Origin: a virus
Direction: 5' to 3' (one strand)
DNA: 64,000 bases
IMG/VR virus record: IMGVR_UViG_3300033998_000198
Coordinates: 32,001-96,000 of that record
Both the position numbers and the translations under genes were made by a program. The notes beneath the pieces were generated by a model, which saw only the letters and a program-made list of their open reading frames with translations, was not told where the DNA came from and made no database searches. Positions 39,001 through 48,363 of the stretch are shown here, piece by piece. Each line of letters opens with the position of its first letter. Positions within the stretch are counted from its first letter, which is position 1.

Positions 39001-42000
39001 ACGGTGTTTAACAAGGAAGCATTTTCAATAGGTGACAATAATCCATACAGGGTGGTAATAAACAACGACGGAACATACACTAAAGTACGTGTAGAGTTAA
39101 CATGCTTAAGTTCGTCGTTTGACGGTATCTCTGTTCTAAACGGTTCCTCTACTATAACCGGAACAATTAAACAGGCCCCAAGCCAGATTCCAAATCCTGA
39201 TCCTGCATCACAGGAGTATATACCAAATCCGAATTATGAATCTCAGTGTACCGAGTGGCTCGAACCGGTATTTGAAACTGTAAAGATACCTTCAATTAAC
39301 ACACAGACACTGTTTGTCAACGGGCCGTTGTATAAAACAATTGACAAAGCCAGCGTTCCTGTATATATGAAAGGCACTTATACATTCAGAAACATGGACT
39401 TTGACAACTGTGCTGTAGAGTTTATAAACGGGAAGGTAAGGGTTTCTGGAACCGGTGTTTGGTATTATAACAGCAGCACCCCAGGAAGTGTAGACACAAG
39501 AAGTCTTGTATTTGCAAAGGCTATAATATACTATGACCCGGCTACAGGCAAATGGTCATGGGATTCCGACTCCGTAAACGGGACAGAGAAGCCTTATGAA
39601 ACAACGGACACAGTCTATAATCTCGAAGCTGTTACTAATTTTGACAGCTTGGTAAATCCAACAAATATCGTAACAAGGGATGTCAACGCTGTATTCAAAG
39701 CATCAAATGGCCCTGCTTACCTTGAGGTCCATGCTTTCGGTAATTTAAAAATCATGGATATATCCACTGATATTACAGCGGACACCAACATCGTAATAGA
39801 GGCTACGAAATCAACCATTAATATTAACGTGAACGGAACTTCGTATCCTTTCTCTCTTGGTGAGAATCCCGAGTCTGCAATCAACAACTCATTCAAGGTA
39901 ATATACTGGAACAGAAATATCGAGTTTATAGCAGAGCCGATAGAAGGAGCAAAGGTTTCTTTCAAAGGTTATACCGAAGAAACATTGACAGGATTTGATC
40001 TACAGGTGTTTGACGTTTCCGGCAACAGAATCAACAACCCGGTTGTTGATATAAGGCCGCTGAAAAACTACGAATTGGAGGATTTTGATTCAAACTTCCT
40101 TGACGGATGTTTTGATACAGATGTATCCTATGCATTAGTGCCAAGAATGGAGAAAATCTCTCCATATGGATTAAGTGCACAAGGAGCAGTTGAAGCTATT
40201 CAAAATGCACCTTCGATTGCAGCTCCAATTGATTGTACCCCAAAGAGCACAATCGTTGTAGAGTTTGATATCAAGGCAAAAGCAAATATTGCCGGCAACA
40301 GTTTAATATTCTCTACAACTCCTGGTGTAGGTAGTGTCCCTGCTGATATAAACCTGCACATCAACGGATATAACTGCCCTCAGTTGTCAATGAACGTGCT
40401 GATGAACGATAATTACACACATGTTGTTGTAAAGTATGACTTTGACGCTATGACAGGTTATATAAAGGCATATGGGCAGGCATCGCAGTATCCGTTAACA
40501 AAATATACACGGATATCGTCAGGAGAGGACTGCTTTGGGTCGCTTGTTGCAACTTTCTTTGCTGGAACGAGATTTTCTGGTATTCCTGCTTCACATGTGT
40601 TTAACTCCATCCATGTGAAGAACATTGATATCTATGAAGAAGTTGCAGGCGTAAGGCGTGAAATTGTTGTTAGAAAGAAACCTAACGACACAGGAAAATG
40701 CCTTATAAATGACTTTACAACATTGCTCGATGGTGCAACGACACCATATCCTGCTTATGGTTTCTACAAAGGTAACGACAAGTTGAGTAATTACAAAGGT
40801 AATTATCATAGTACCTCAAGAACTATGATAGATGAACTCAGAATGTTTAAAGACAAATATATAATCAACAACGATGAGTTCGGGTATAGCAATATATCAT
40901 CAGAGTTCTATCCGAAGATAGGAAGAACAAGTATGGTAACCAACTCTCCGGATGTAAATGCGTTTGCATACATCGATGCAAGGTATAAAGAAAGCGAATA
41001 CAGAACACCCTGGTGTGCAATGTTCTTTACAGAACAGAAAACGTCCAGAAGCTATGGCTTCAAGATAGCGGATGATCACGAAGTCACATTAAACTACAAG
41101 TTGAAGAACCTGTTTACTGATTCTTCAGAATATACAAAGACTTACTTGTATGATGGCGACAAATGCTACGAAATTACAAGCGACGAAAGCGACATGTGCA
41201 TTACTGTAAAAACCGGTTCTAAAAGAATTGAAGTATCCAAGGACGGAATTGTGTCAGAGATTTTCCTTGACACACCTGTACATGTAGGTCGTGAGTTTAC
41301 ATTTGTAATCGAAGCGACGTCAAAGAATATTGAGAGACGTGTGTCGATGCTGTATTTCTACTTTACAGGAACAGTAAAGCCTGCCGACACGGTAAGTGAC
41401 TTAATGATTACGCCATTCATTGCCGACGAAAGAGATATCGTTCCTGAAGTTGAAGTATTGCCTTTTAGACGAGTAGATTGCAGTATAGATGACTACAACC
41501 TTACTTCAACTGTAAGCAGTTTTGATGGCGGTTACACTCGCCATATCTATAATGACGGAGACATGGCTATCGTTGCTGGAAGTGTTTCTGGAGAAAAGAA
41601 CACACTTGTTCTTGGCAACAAAAAGATCTTTGAGGACAATGGTGTATTTGGAGGTCATATATTCAACTATGAATTCATAGTTGACGCAAAAGGCCCTGGT
41701 GCGACATTGAAGTTCGCACATATAACCATACCTTTACAGGAAGGTAAACATTCATACAAGTTAAAATTCTATAACATACCCGACAAGGAAATGTTGATGG
41801 GAAGAACCAAACAGTATGGAGAGTTATGGTATGCCGTTTCTGTGGATGGCGGAGATTTTGTTCACAACCTGTTTACTGATTTTACCGAAAGCACAATGCT
41901 TCATGATGGAATCATAATGCCTGGTTGGAATGAAAGTGGGTGGAACACAGCTCCAATGTACACCAACTTCATATTTGAGGTTGAAGACGGAAATGAAATT

Positions 42001-45000
42001 GTCCTCTACAAAGGACGTATCATTGAGAATGAGTTCAATCAATCATGGAGAATGCGTTCGCAAAATCCCGTATTGAACGCCATCGTAAAAGATACAAGGA
42101 ATCTTGACCTCTATCTTGTGATAGACAATGACAAGCTACTGTATGGGGAAATAGCCAACACTATCTTAAAAGAACTTCCAGTTCTTCTTGAGAACGCAGA
42201 TAGGTACGATATAGACCTCAGAGTCTGTGTGTACACTTACTGCGATACATTAAACTCAATAGATAGTTCTGGTGTTCCCAAATCAAGCCCGCAATGGTAT
42301 ACAGGATACGAAGACATCATGAACGTACTGAAGAAGATGCCTCTGCGTGATGGTGGAGTAAGTCCGGAAGCCAATGTGTTTGGTGTATTGCAGACTATGC
42401 CTGATATTATAAACGCAGAATCGGCAGGAAGAAACAAAGTAATGTTCCTGTATAATTCCAGCCGGATGGTTGATTATCCGTTAACAGCTCCTGAGATGAA
42501 CGCTGCTGGCGACGAGATACGGAAACTTGATCTTGACACTATAGATGCAGTAACCACCAAGTATATTGAATATGGTATATACCTGCACATGGCTTATAAC
42601 CAGAACTATCACCCAAAGGATTACATGTACGGCGTGTTCTACAGGATGGTTATGAAACGGGATCTTGTCGACGACAAGTTAAGTACGGTTTACCATTATT
42701 ACAATGACAAGATTGTGATAAGCGGAAGCGAAGGTAATATGGATATAGACGGTCCTGTTAATACAGACGGATATCCTGTGTATATCGACTATATGAAGTT
42801 GACAGGAAGACCGAATTATAATCTGATTTCAGATTTTGATGATGTTGACAGCTTTGTTACGGTCAACAATAGTATTTCGGCCGCCAATATTTTTAGACAC
42901 TTTATAAAGGACTCTACAATATTGGCAATGCCTGTCACCTATTATGAAGACAAAGCGTACTATATCGCTTCCCGTGGTGGAATGTATAAAATCTCTGAGC
43001 ATACTCCGGTTCTTGAATCTGTGAGGTTCACAACTCAGACACAGGTCATCAATCCAACACCTGGTTTTTACCAACAACGGTATGATGAAATAATCTACAG
43101 AGCCTTCGGAACCGATGTTCCATATGCTCCGTTTGACACCATTGGCAGATGGAATGCTGACAACCTTGTGAGAAAAGGTGAGAACTTCAAGGCATTCTAT
43201 AGAACGACAAGAAGGGTAGACAAGAACATAAAGAATTACTACCATGTGCTGCTTGCCGTAGCACCAAGCGATATTATGCTTTTTGGTAAAAGCGAAAAGC
43301 AGATATTAAAGGATATAATAAACAAGGCACAATACGGAGATATCATCTCTGTAAGTTGTATTACAAGACAGAATAATGCATACGACACATGGTTCTCAAT
43401 CAGGCCGACGCTTATATATAACCAGACAAAGAAAGAGCGGCTGCTTAAAGACATCGACGATATGCAAATTTACCCTGATTATCAAGAAAAGACGAATGCC
43501 TTGATGTCGATGTACTTTAACAAACTCAAGAATTATTATGCTGCAAATAAAGGCATATTCTCTGTTGAAGATATATCGTATTCATCGGAGGATTATAACG
43601 TCAATGTACTGAACCTGGTAATGGGTAGGTTCGACAATGAAACAACGCACTTTGACATAAAGACTATACCGAGTTATTTCCCTATCAATACAAGGGTACA
43701 AACTGTTGTTCTTGAAATATCAGATAATGACAGTAAAGCCTATAAGGATATGAAAGGCTATTTCCCATACGGTGTTGCAAAGACCAAACATCCGGAAGAA
43801 GCCCGTGCAGTTATAGAACGTGAGCTCGAAGTGTTCAACAGGAAACGTTGTTCGTTCGGTCACATAGCTATGGAGCTTATCGGTACTTCCGATAAAATGT
43901 CTGAGGTCAATATCATAAGGGACGTAAAGAATGCATCAAACGTACAGGGGGCTGTGTATACGTTTGTTGGATATACAAAGATCAATAATCCCGATCAATT
44001 GTATGATGTTGGGTTTATAATCTTCGGAAGACTATACGGACTGAAACTGACAACAGAACCTATGCAGTATACTCTGTACTTTAGAAATGATAAGACTTCA
44101 CGCACATTCAGCGACAGTCAATGCTACGGAAGACAGGATGTTGTGTTTGAGGCGTTTTACGAACCTGAAGACAACTACGATCCTACAAAGATTCAGCCTT
44201 GTGAAATGCTGATTGTCGACAAGTTCGTATATTGTGAGGAAAAGTATTCTCCTCATATGATTTACTTCTACGCCGATGGAGAGAACTATGTGATAGACCG
44301 GTTGAACATATCAGCCATGAACGCTACGCCAAACATGAGGTATGTAAGGCCGCCTATCAACATGATCATTGACATCGACAAAGGATACGAAAAGGATGCT
44401 GAAGGAAAGTATACCGACTACATCGGTTCGACTGGAATGTTCATTGGTGTTCCTTCAAGCGGGGGCAACACAAGCCACTGGTGGGATAGACCAAGTGACG
44501 ACAAGGAACCAGTCACTGGTATTGGTACAAGTTCACCATTTGATGGAACTCCAGGCGGCAGCAATACAACAGGAGACCATGAATATAATCCTCCGGACAG
44601 GTTCTATACAGATTCGATTCCGGAATGGCCAACCCCAACACCGAATTGGCCATCTACTCCTGATTTACCTCAGCTTCCACCTAAAACACATCCTCCGGTG
44701 TCACCGCAGGTGTGCGTAAGAGACTGGATAAAGAACCTTGTTCTTGCGTCAGCAATGAAACAGTTTACGCAGGAAAAATGGGACGAAATCATTGCAAACT
44801 ACGGCAGCATACAGTCATGGTTGTCGTTCTACTGTAATGACATAACCAAGTGGACGGTAGTTGATGAGAATGGAACTGTAGTAAATTACGTAATTGATGA
44901 AACGCTCGGATGTCCGACCCTTGGAATAACCTATAGCAGCATAAAAGAGGTAAGACATAAAACGTTGTATAGTGACGTTTATGAATATACGCTGAAGAAA

Positions 45001-48000
45001 CCTACAACCCGTGAGTTCATACAGCCTGAAAATGCACAGATGATGTTAAAAGACCAGATAGATAGCGATGCAGACCTGATTAACTGCAAGCTGAACGGAC
45101 TGCATTACAGTTTCGACAGATACTTTATTGAAGATGACTATGCATTTGTCGACAGCACATCTGACCCTGACTATAATCCTTATGACAGGAATGCAGCAAG
45201 GACTCTTGATGCGGCGGAAAAAGGCGACATTGAGGTGTATAATGCTGCTGACGGTATTTGGATCAGAGGTGGATGGGTTGGACAGGAATACTCCGGGACT
45301 GTAAGCAAGTCTGTAAGGATAAGCCACAAGACATCCTGGACTCCGGTTCTGTTCCGTGACGATTTGGCTTATGTATTAAAGAACTGTTATGACGAGCTCT
45401 ATACTGGTCTAATGGATACATTGACAAATTACATCACGGTCGACAATATGGATTCAGGTGTGTTGCTTGACTGGACAGTCCGTGATAATGTACTTCTTAC
45501 AGCTAAAGCAACGGATATATCAGATTCGATTGTAGTACATCAGACATTCAATGACGCAGAACCATCTAAGACTTTTGCCATTGCTGATTTGGTAACTCTG
45601 CTTCCTGATGAATCTTATGATTTCAGGCTGTTCATTGTTGACTTCACTGGCAACATCAGTATCAACGGAACAGAATATCATGACGGTGACAGTATTTACT
45701 TTAATTCAGACAGCGATACAGAATTCACCATTGAAGCGAACGATATTGTGATATACAAACCTTGGGAAGAAACAAAGACCGGATTTAGCGGTATCGTAAA
45801 TGGCAAAGAACCTTACCGTAAGGCTTACGACGGCAAACAAGACTATATTGTCAACCTTGAACCGTTTGACCTCCCGGATGGACTCATCAATCTCCGTCAG
45901 ACCGTTGAGATTGAGAATACGCCTGAAATCATAATCGTAAGGTTCGAACACGAGGTAGAGCCAGGAGTAAGTAATGTAAACGGAGATCTTGCGTACTTTA
46001 CATGCGGGTCATTGATGCCTTGGACATTCGTTACGGACTGGGTAAGTACGTCAGTTGAGAGTGATTTGTTTACACTGGATTCAGTTCTTCCTTCTGTAGT
46101 AAACATAAAGGTATACAATCCGAAGTACGAAGACTATAAAGATAGTGTAATATCAAACATTCACGCAGTAATAACCTCAAATGACCCGAATGTAAAAGTC
46201 ATCAGCTATGACAAGAGTGAACTCACATTTGAACCTGAAGAAGACTACAGGGAGATACCGGTAACCGTCAAAGCGTTGCCAAGTGCAATGAGTCAATGGT
46301 ATCCGGTAATCCACAATGGTTACTACTACATCAATAACCATGAATACTTCCTGTACTCAAAGAATACGCCGGATGGTGAATATAGCGAAGAAGACCAGAT
46401 CGTCACAAAAGATTTGGTATACGCTATCGACATAATTATGAAATCATCTTCTCCGGAAGGTGTTATGGCATTTAATGATTCAACCGCACCAGACTTCACG
46501 AAGGGGACTAAAGACGGGGTTGTATTCAGGAATGCCGGGCTTGAATGTGCATACATTTCAGACACTCAGTATTACAAAGAGTTTGCAAACGGCACTTATA
46601 CATCTGAAGAAATACTGTTAGACAAGGAGACTCCGGTAGAGTACCTAAATACAACTTACCGCAGTAACACTCCTGACGGTACAGAAATAAGGCTGTATAT
46701 GTCAGCATATGATTATACCGCAAAGACTTGGACTGACTGGGTGTATGTACAAAACAATACCGTTCCTCAGATGCTGGTTTCAAAGAGGATAAAGTACAAG
46801 GTTACATTAAAACCTCTTAATGAAATCGCAGAAATGCAGGTAACGGAAGTAGATGACGATTTGTATGATTTCTTTGGAATAGACGGAACCTTGGCACGTA
46901 ACGTCACAGCAACATCAGGCTGTCTTGAGAACCTTGACAAGAGCACAACAGGCGAATACTACTCTGTAATTAAAGATTACAACACAGCGGTTCTTAGGTA
47001 TACTCTCGAAGTCGAAGGCACCGGCAATTACACAGTAGAGTTCGCAACTTCCGACAATAAGACGGACCTTACTGAAACTGCAACCTGGATACCGGCTGCC
47101 GATGCAGCTACTACTGAGATGAAGCAGTTTGTTAGATACAAGGTTACATTAAATGGAGATGCCACTGTAACCAAGATTACAAGGACCGCCAGCATAAGGT
47201 CTACGCACAATGTAACGCCAAATTTCGGAGAGCTTACAATTAGATACGTAATAGGTGGAGACAGAGGTGTTGGTGAAACCATAACACAAACCGTTATAGG
47301 TAAACTTCCAAGAGACGGAGAATGGCATGACCTGATTGATACTACACTTCAGGCAAAACTGTATCCTTCCATCGTTAGCAATGGATTTAAGATTACAGAT
47401 TTGTTGAGACTGTCTGTAAAGACGAATGATAGTACGGTAGAGTTTGATTACCAGCCTGATGGAAAGAGCGGACTTAAAGCAAGGAGTTCTAAGATAGAAA
47501 CCGCTGTAGGACCAACACCGTACATTAAGTTTACAGATAATACATGTGTGGTAACGCCGATTCCACAGCAATTCGATCCGGTTATTGTGTTTGACGAAGC
47601 AAATGGCAAATACTTCACAAGGGTGAATTTTACTGACAGCGAAGGCAGACTTACCCTGACGAACGTCGAAACGTTTACCGGAGAAGGCCGAAGCGGAATA
47701 GCACTTAGTTACACCGATATCGACCCTGCATCGCTAAAGATAACAATTGACGAAACAGAGGTTGATGCTGAAGACTATGATATATTAAACAACATTATCC
47801 GGTTCAAGTATGCAATCCCTGAAGGTGCAAAAATTACAGCAGAGTACAGCATCAAAGACTCCTTCATTGTAGATTACAACTATAAGCCGGAAGAAGACAA
47901 GGCACAGATAACAGTGCACAGCGACAGTGATTTGAAGAAGATCAAGATATACTACGAAACGAACAAATCTTCCGCAAACCTGATTGCTGATGTAATCAAC

Positions 48001-48351
48001 CTCAATACATTATACTGCCCTGAGAACCACGGTTTCATCTATATCACAGACGACATCAATGAGTGTGAATCTGTAGAGATAATGATGAATCCGACAACAC
48101 TCTGGGGGAACGGATTGGACAGCACTACAGTGTACGTCAGGGCTCTCGACAGTAATCTCAATCCAGTAGCTGGAGAAAAGATGATTATTGATGCGATTTA
48201 TGGTAAGATAGTATTGACGGACAATGTATCGGATCAGTTTGGCGTAGTCTCATTCAAATATATAGCACCTAACGCCAAAGGAACTGACACGATTACAGTA
48301 AACGTGTACGGAAAAGATATTACAAATACCGTAAATGTTACTTTGAGATAG
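36019..48351 (+). CDS. Giant baseplate/adhesin-like protein with Pro-rich linkers, vWA-like folds and C-terminal Ig-like domain (4110 aa)
   Basis: GGAGGT RBS; 12.3-kb uninterrupted beta-rich ORF. PNPxY linkers at 38190-39245; vWA-like segments (~42100-42620 and ~43240-43900); Pro-rich linker 44620-44710; Big_1-like C-terminus (GNGLDSTTVYVRALDSNLNPVAG...GVVSFKY.AP...GTDTITV). Confidence 0.7.
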   Translation: MYFGENSRIVPERKLEIIQQLHNNLIDRSKAKYITVEAVEGTTQFYPEKISTVSSQIHRLYESEFYAGWKADPDTFIHKDLYKTYILGKKYATIPYLSDKDRGEDSGIVSCVLDCVWLWYDNDIYNSTSWADIQAFINRHKSDNPSLKVHVDNGPNGIYIAWDGYITYNRATGHTVVNPDILKTNKIIYKLGLRNDAESVVIDMNMHSTYYKIPDCIYFDRGNSVVKTLDPGLEYIGMTAGTQCCYEMSGNYYIDIYCGENVSTITLPHGGDFRLVLHNTGIVDVIYSDDEQYIGYTVVTLPSAKDDAIDIVFSVYSDAIKTDIYSITPTLVEEGVIKEYIKKDHYATYYKTTTMIHYIKDIKAFDASGHEDTSLLIPHIAYRQKISPIWNKSLMYTNYSWRTGNDALAIASEPYVANNDLIICGNRIFTSGVSVHNILYDKLQVNFTALQNGTFNLYENAGFYFKGVPTCLIDNELFKKVELQFDASTKVDVVKSTDYRLCLINEFELSQNAAKVSYRFSVKGGMLAEDVTVPCTVTQHVNCINESQLLDWSGHPANSYYCIKIANAYLPVKTAYTKNGCGVFEIKWASKRYIVFGKITGCSNGILELEEEGYRICDISTHSLPITFQALTVDTDGNPHIIFGETDDVPVTYTDVSYIDANTNFYQNVRYRVGDGTGMPSGSMQTYDKLYYLGVNNENRFAPVALPDNKKTEDYTYCKLPRRKNPEYIPPYIPNPGYDPTASRFYYLPKPESYKFKWGTGDGTSPYTGKDGGGEYLSFESSVNIEHYIIFKCTNPNAVLKVNSSCYSRNYLSGGSSYESVFLHSHSYTLNPDGYVEIDEHGYDVRISFSVEGLNAGDKFTVFHATYNKKTYTWSGSINPNDYVEDTENVPVHPNPAYPPSPIMPNPDYDPNAPAMIDDPNFVPTMEPITVYLEDIYYANSLHGDDGKPATYEYAIDPSYSKLYFDFKVYDNKITSAIRTKILITLKRDDGSGITVFNKEAFSIGDNNPYRVVINNDGTYTKVRVELTCLSSSFDGISVLNGSSTITGTIKQAPSQIPNPDPASQEYIPNPNYESQCTEWLEPVFETVKIPSINTQTLFVNGPLYKTIDKASVPVYMKGTYTFRNMDFDNCAVEFINGKVRVSGTGVWYYNSSTPGSVDTRSLVFAKAIIYYDPATGKWSWDSDSVNGTEKPYETTDTVYNLEAVTNFDSLVNPTNIVTRDVNAVFKASNGPAYLEVHAFGNLKIMDISTDITADTNIVIEATKSTININVNGTSYPFSLGENPESAINNSFKVIYWNRNIEFIAEPIEGAKVSFKGYTEETLTGFDLQVFDVSGNRINNPVVDIRPLKNYELEDFDSNFLDGCFDTDVSYALVPRMEKISPYGLSAQGAVEAIQNAPSIAAPIDCTPKSTIVVEFDIKAKANIAGNSLIFSTTPGVGSVPADINLHINGYNCPQLSMNVLMNDNYTHVVVKYDFDAMTGYIKAYGQASQYPLTKYTRISSGEDCFGSLVATFFAGTRFSGIPASHVFNSIHVKNIDIYEEVAGVRREIVVRKKPNDTGKCLINDFTTLLDGATTPYPAYGFYKGNDKLSNYKGNYHSTSRTMIDELRMFKDKYIINNDEFGYSNISSEFYPKIGRTSMVTNSPDVNAFAYIDARYKESEYRTPWCAMFFTEQKTSRSYGFKIADDHEVTLNYKLKNLFTDSSEYTKTYLYDGDKCYEITSDESDMCITVKTGSKRIEVSKDGIVSEIFLDTPVHVGREFTFVIEATSKNIERRVSMLYFYFTGTVKPADTVSDLMITPFIADERDIVPEVEVLPFRRVDCSIDDYNLTSTVSSFDGGYTRHIYNDGDMAIVAGSVSGEKNTLVLGNKKIFEDNGVFGGHIFNYEFIVDAKGPGATLKFAHITIPLQEGKHSYKLKFYNIPDKEMLMGRTKQYGELWYAVSVDGGDFVHNLFTDFTESTMLHDGIIMPGWNESGWNTAPMYTNFIFEVEDGNEIVLYKGRIIENEFNQSWRMRSQNPVLNAIVKDTRNLDLYLVIDNDKLLYGEIANTILKELPVLLENADRYDIDLRVCVYTYCDTLNSIDSSGVPKSSPQWYTGYEDIMNVLKKMPLRDGGVSPEANVFGVLQTMPDIINAESAGRNKVMFLYNSSRMVDYPLTAPEMNAAGDEIRKLDLDTIDAVTTKYIEYGIYLHMAYNQNYHPKDYMYGVFYRMVMKRDLVDDKLSTVYHYYNDKIVISGSEGNMDIDGPVNTDGYPVYIDYMKLTGRPNYNLISDFDDVDSFVTVNNSISAANIFRHFIKDSTILAMPVTYYEDKAYYIASRGGMYKISEHTPVLESVRFTTQTQVINPTPGFYQQRYDEIIYRAFGTDVPYAPFDTIGRWNADNLVRKGENFKAFYRTTRRVDKNIKNYYHVLLAVAPSDIMLFGKSEKQILKDIINKAQYGDIISVSCITRQNNAYDTWFSIRPTLIYNQTKKERLLKDIDDMQIYPDYQEKTNALMSMYFNKLKNYYAANKGIFSVEDISYSSEDYNVNVLNLVMGRFDNETTHFDIKTIPSYFPINTRVQTVVLEISDNDSKAYKDMKGYFPYGVAKTKHPEEARAVIERELEVFNRKRCSFGHIAMELIGTSDKMSEVNIIRDVKNASNVQGAVYTFVGYTKINNPDQLYDVGFIIFGRLYGLKLTTEPMQYTLYFRNDKTSRTFSDSQCYGRQDVVFEAFYEPEDNYDPTKIQPCEMLIVDKFVYCEEKYSPHMIYFYADGENYVIDRLNISAMNATPNMRYVRPPINMIIDIDKGYEKDAEGKYTDYIGSTGMFIGVPSSGGNTSHWWDRPSDDKEPVTGIGTSSPFDGTPGGSNTTGDHEYNPPDRFYTDSIPEWPTPTPNWPSTPDLPQLPPKTHPPVSPQVCVRDWIKNLVLASAMKQFTQEKWDEIIANYGSIQSWLSFYCNDITKWTVVDENGTVVNYVIDETLGCPTLGITYSSIKEVRHKTLYSDVYEYTLKKPTTREFIQPENAQMMLKDQIDSDADLINCKLNGLHYSFDRYFIEDDYAFVDSTSDPDYNPYDRNAARTLDAAEKGDIEVYNAADGIWIRGGWVGQEYSGTVSKSVRISHKTSWTPVLFRDDLAYVLKNCYDELYTGLMDTLTNYITVDNMDSGVLLDWTVRDNVLLTAKATDISDSIVVHQTFNDAEPSKTFAIADLVTLLPDESYDFRLFIVDFTGNISINGTEYHDGDSIYFNSDSDTEFTIEANDIVIYKPWEETKTGFSGIVNGKEPYRKAYDGKQDYIVNLEPFDLPDGLINLRQTVEIENTPEIIIVRFEHEVEPGVSNVNGDLAYFTCGSLMPWTFVTDWVSTSVESDLFTLDSVLPSVVNIKVYNPKYEDYKDSVISNIHAVITSNDPNVKVISYDKSELTFEPEEDYREIPVTVKALPSAMSQWYPVIHNGYYYINNHEYFLYSKNTPDGEYSEEDQIVTKDLVYAIDIIMKSSSPEGVMAFNDSTAPDFTKGTKDGVVFRNAGLECAYISDTQYYKEFANGTYTSEEILLDKETPVEYLNTTYRSNTPDGTEIRLYMSAYDYTAKTWTDWVYVQNNTVPQMLVSKRIKYKVTLKPLNEIAEMQVTEVDDDLYDFFGIDGTLARNVTATSGCLENLDKSTTGEYYSVIKDYNTAVLRYTLEVEGTGNYTVEFATSDNKTDLTETATWIPAADAATTEMKQFVRYKVTLNGDATVTKITRTASIRSTHNVTPNFGELTIRYVIGGDRGVGETITQTVIGKLPRDGEWHDLIDTTLQAKLYPSIVSNGFKITDLLRLSVKTNDSTVEFDYQPDGKSGLKARSSKIETAVGPTPYIKFTDNTCVVTPIPQQFDPVIVFDEANGKYFTRVNFTDSEGRLTLTNVETFTGEGRSGIALSYTDIDPASLKITIDETEVDAEDYDILNNIIRFKYAIPEGAKITAEYSIKDSFIVDYNYKPEEDKAQITVHSDSDLKKIKIYYETNKSSANLIADVINLNTLYCPENHGFIYITDDINECESVEIMMNPTTLWGNGLDSTTVYVRALDSNLNPVAGEKMIIDAIYGKIVLTDNVSDQFGVVSFKYIAPNAKGTDTITVNVYGKDITNTVNVTLR
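38190..39245 (+). repeat. Protein-level Pro-rich (I/M/H)PNPx(Y/D) repeats inside the 4110-aa protein
   Basis: NPEYIPPYIPNPGYDP (38191-38237), HPNPAYPPSPIMPNPDYDPNAPAMIDDPNF (~38695-38785), IPNPDPASQEYIPNPNY (~39187-39237). Confidence 0.7.
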
Positions 48352-48363
48352 TGGGGTGCCAAA

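Noticed and set aside
34924-48351. Readthrough fusion of the FN3 gene with the 4110-aa gene (same frame)
   Set aside because: Two stops (TAA at 36001 and TAG at 36016) intervene and the second gene has a strong GGAGGT RBS.
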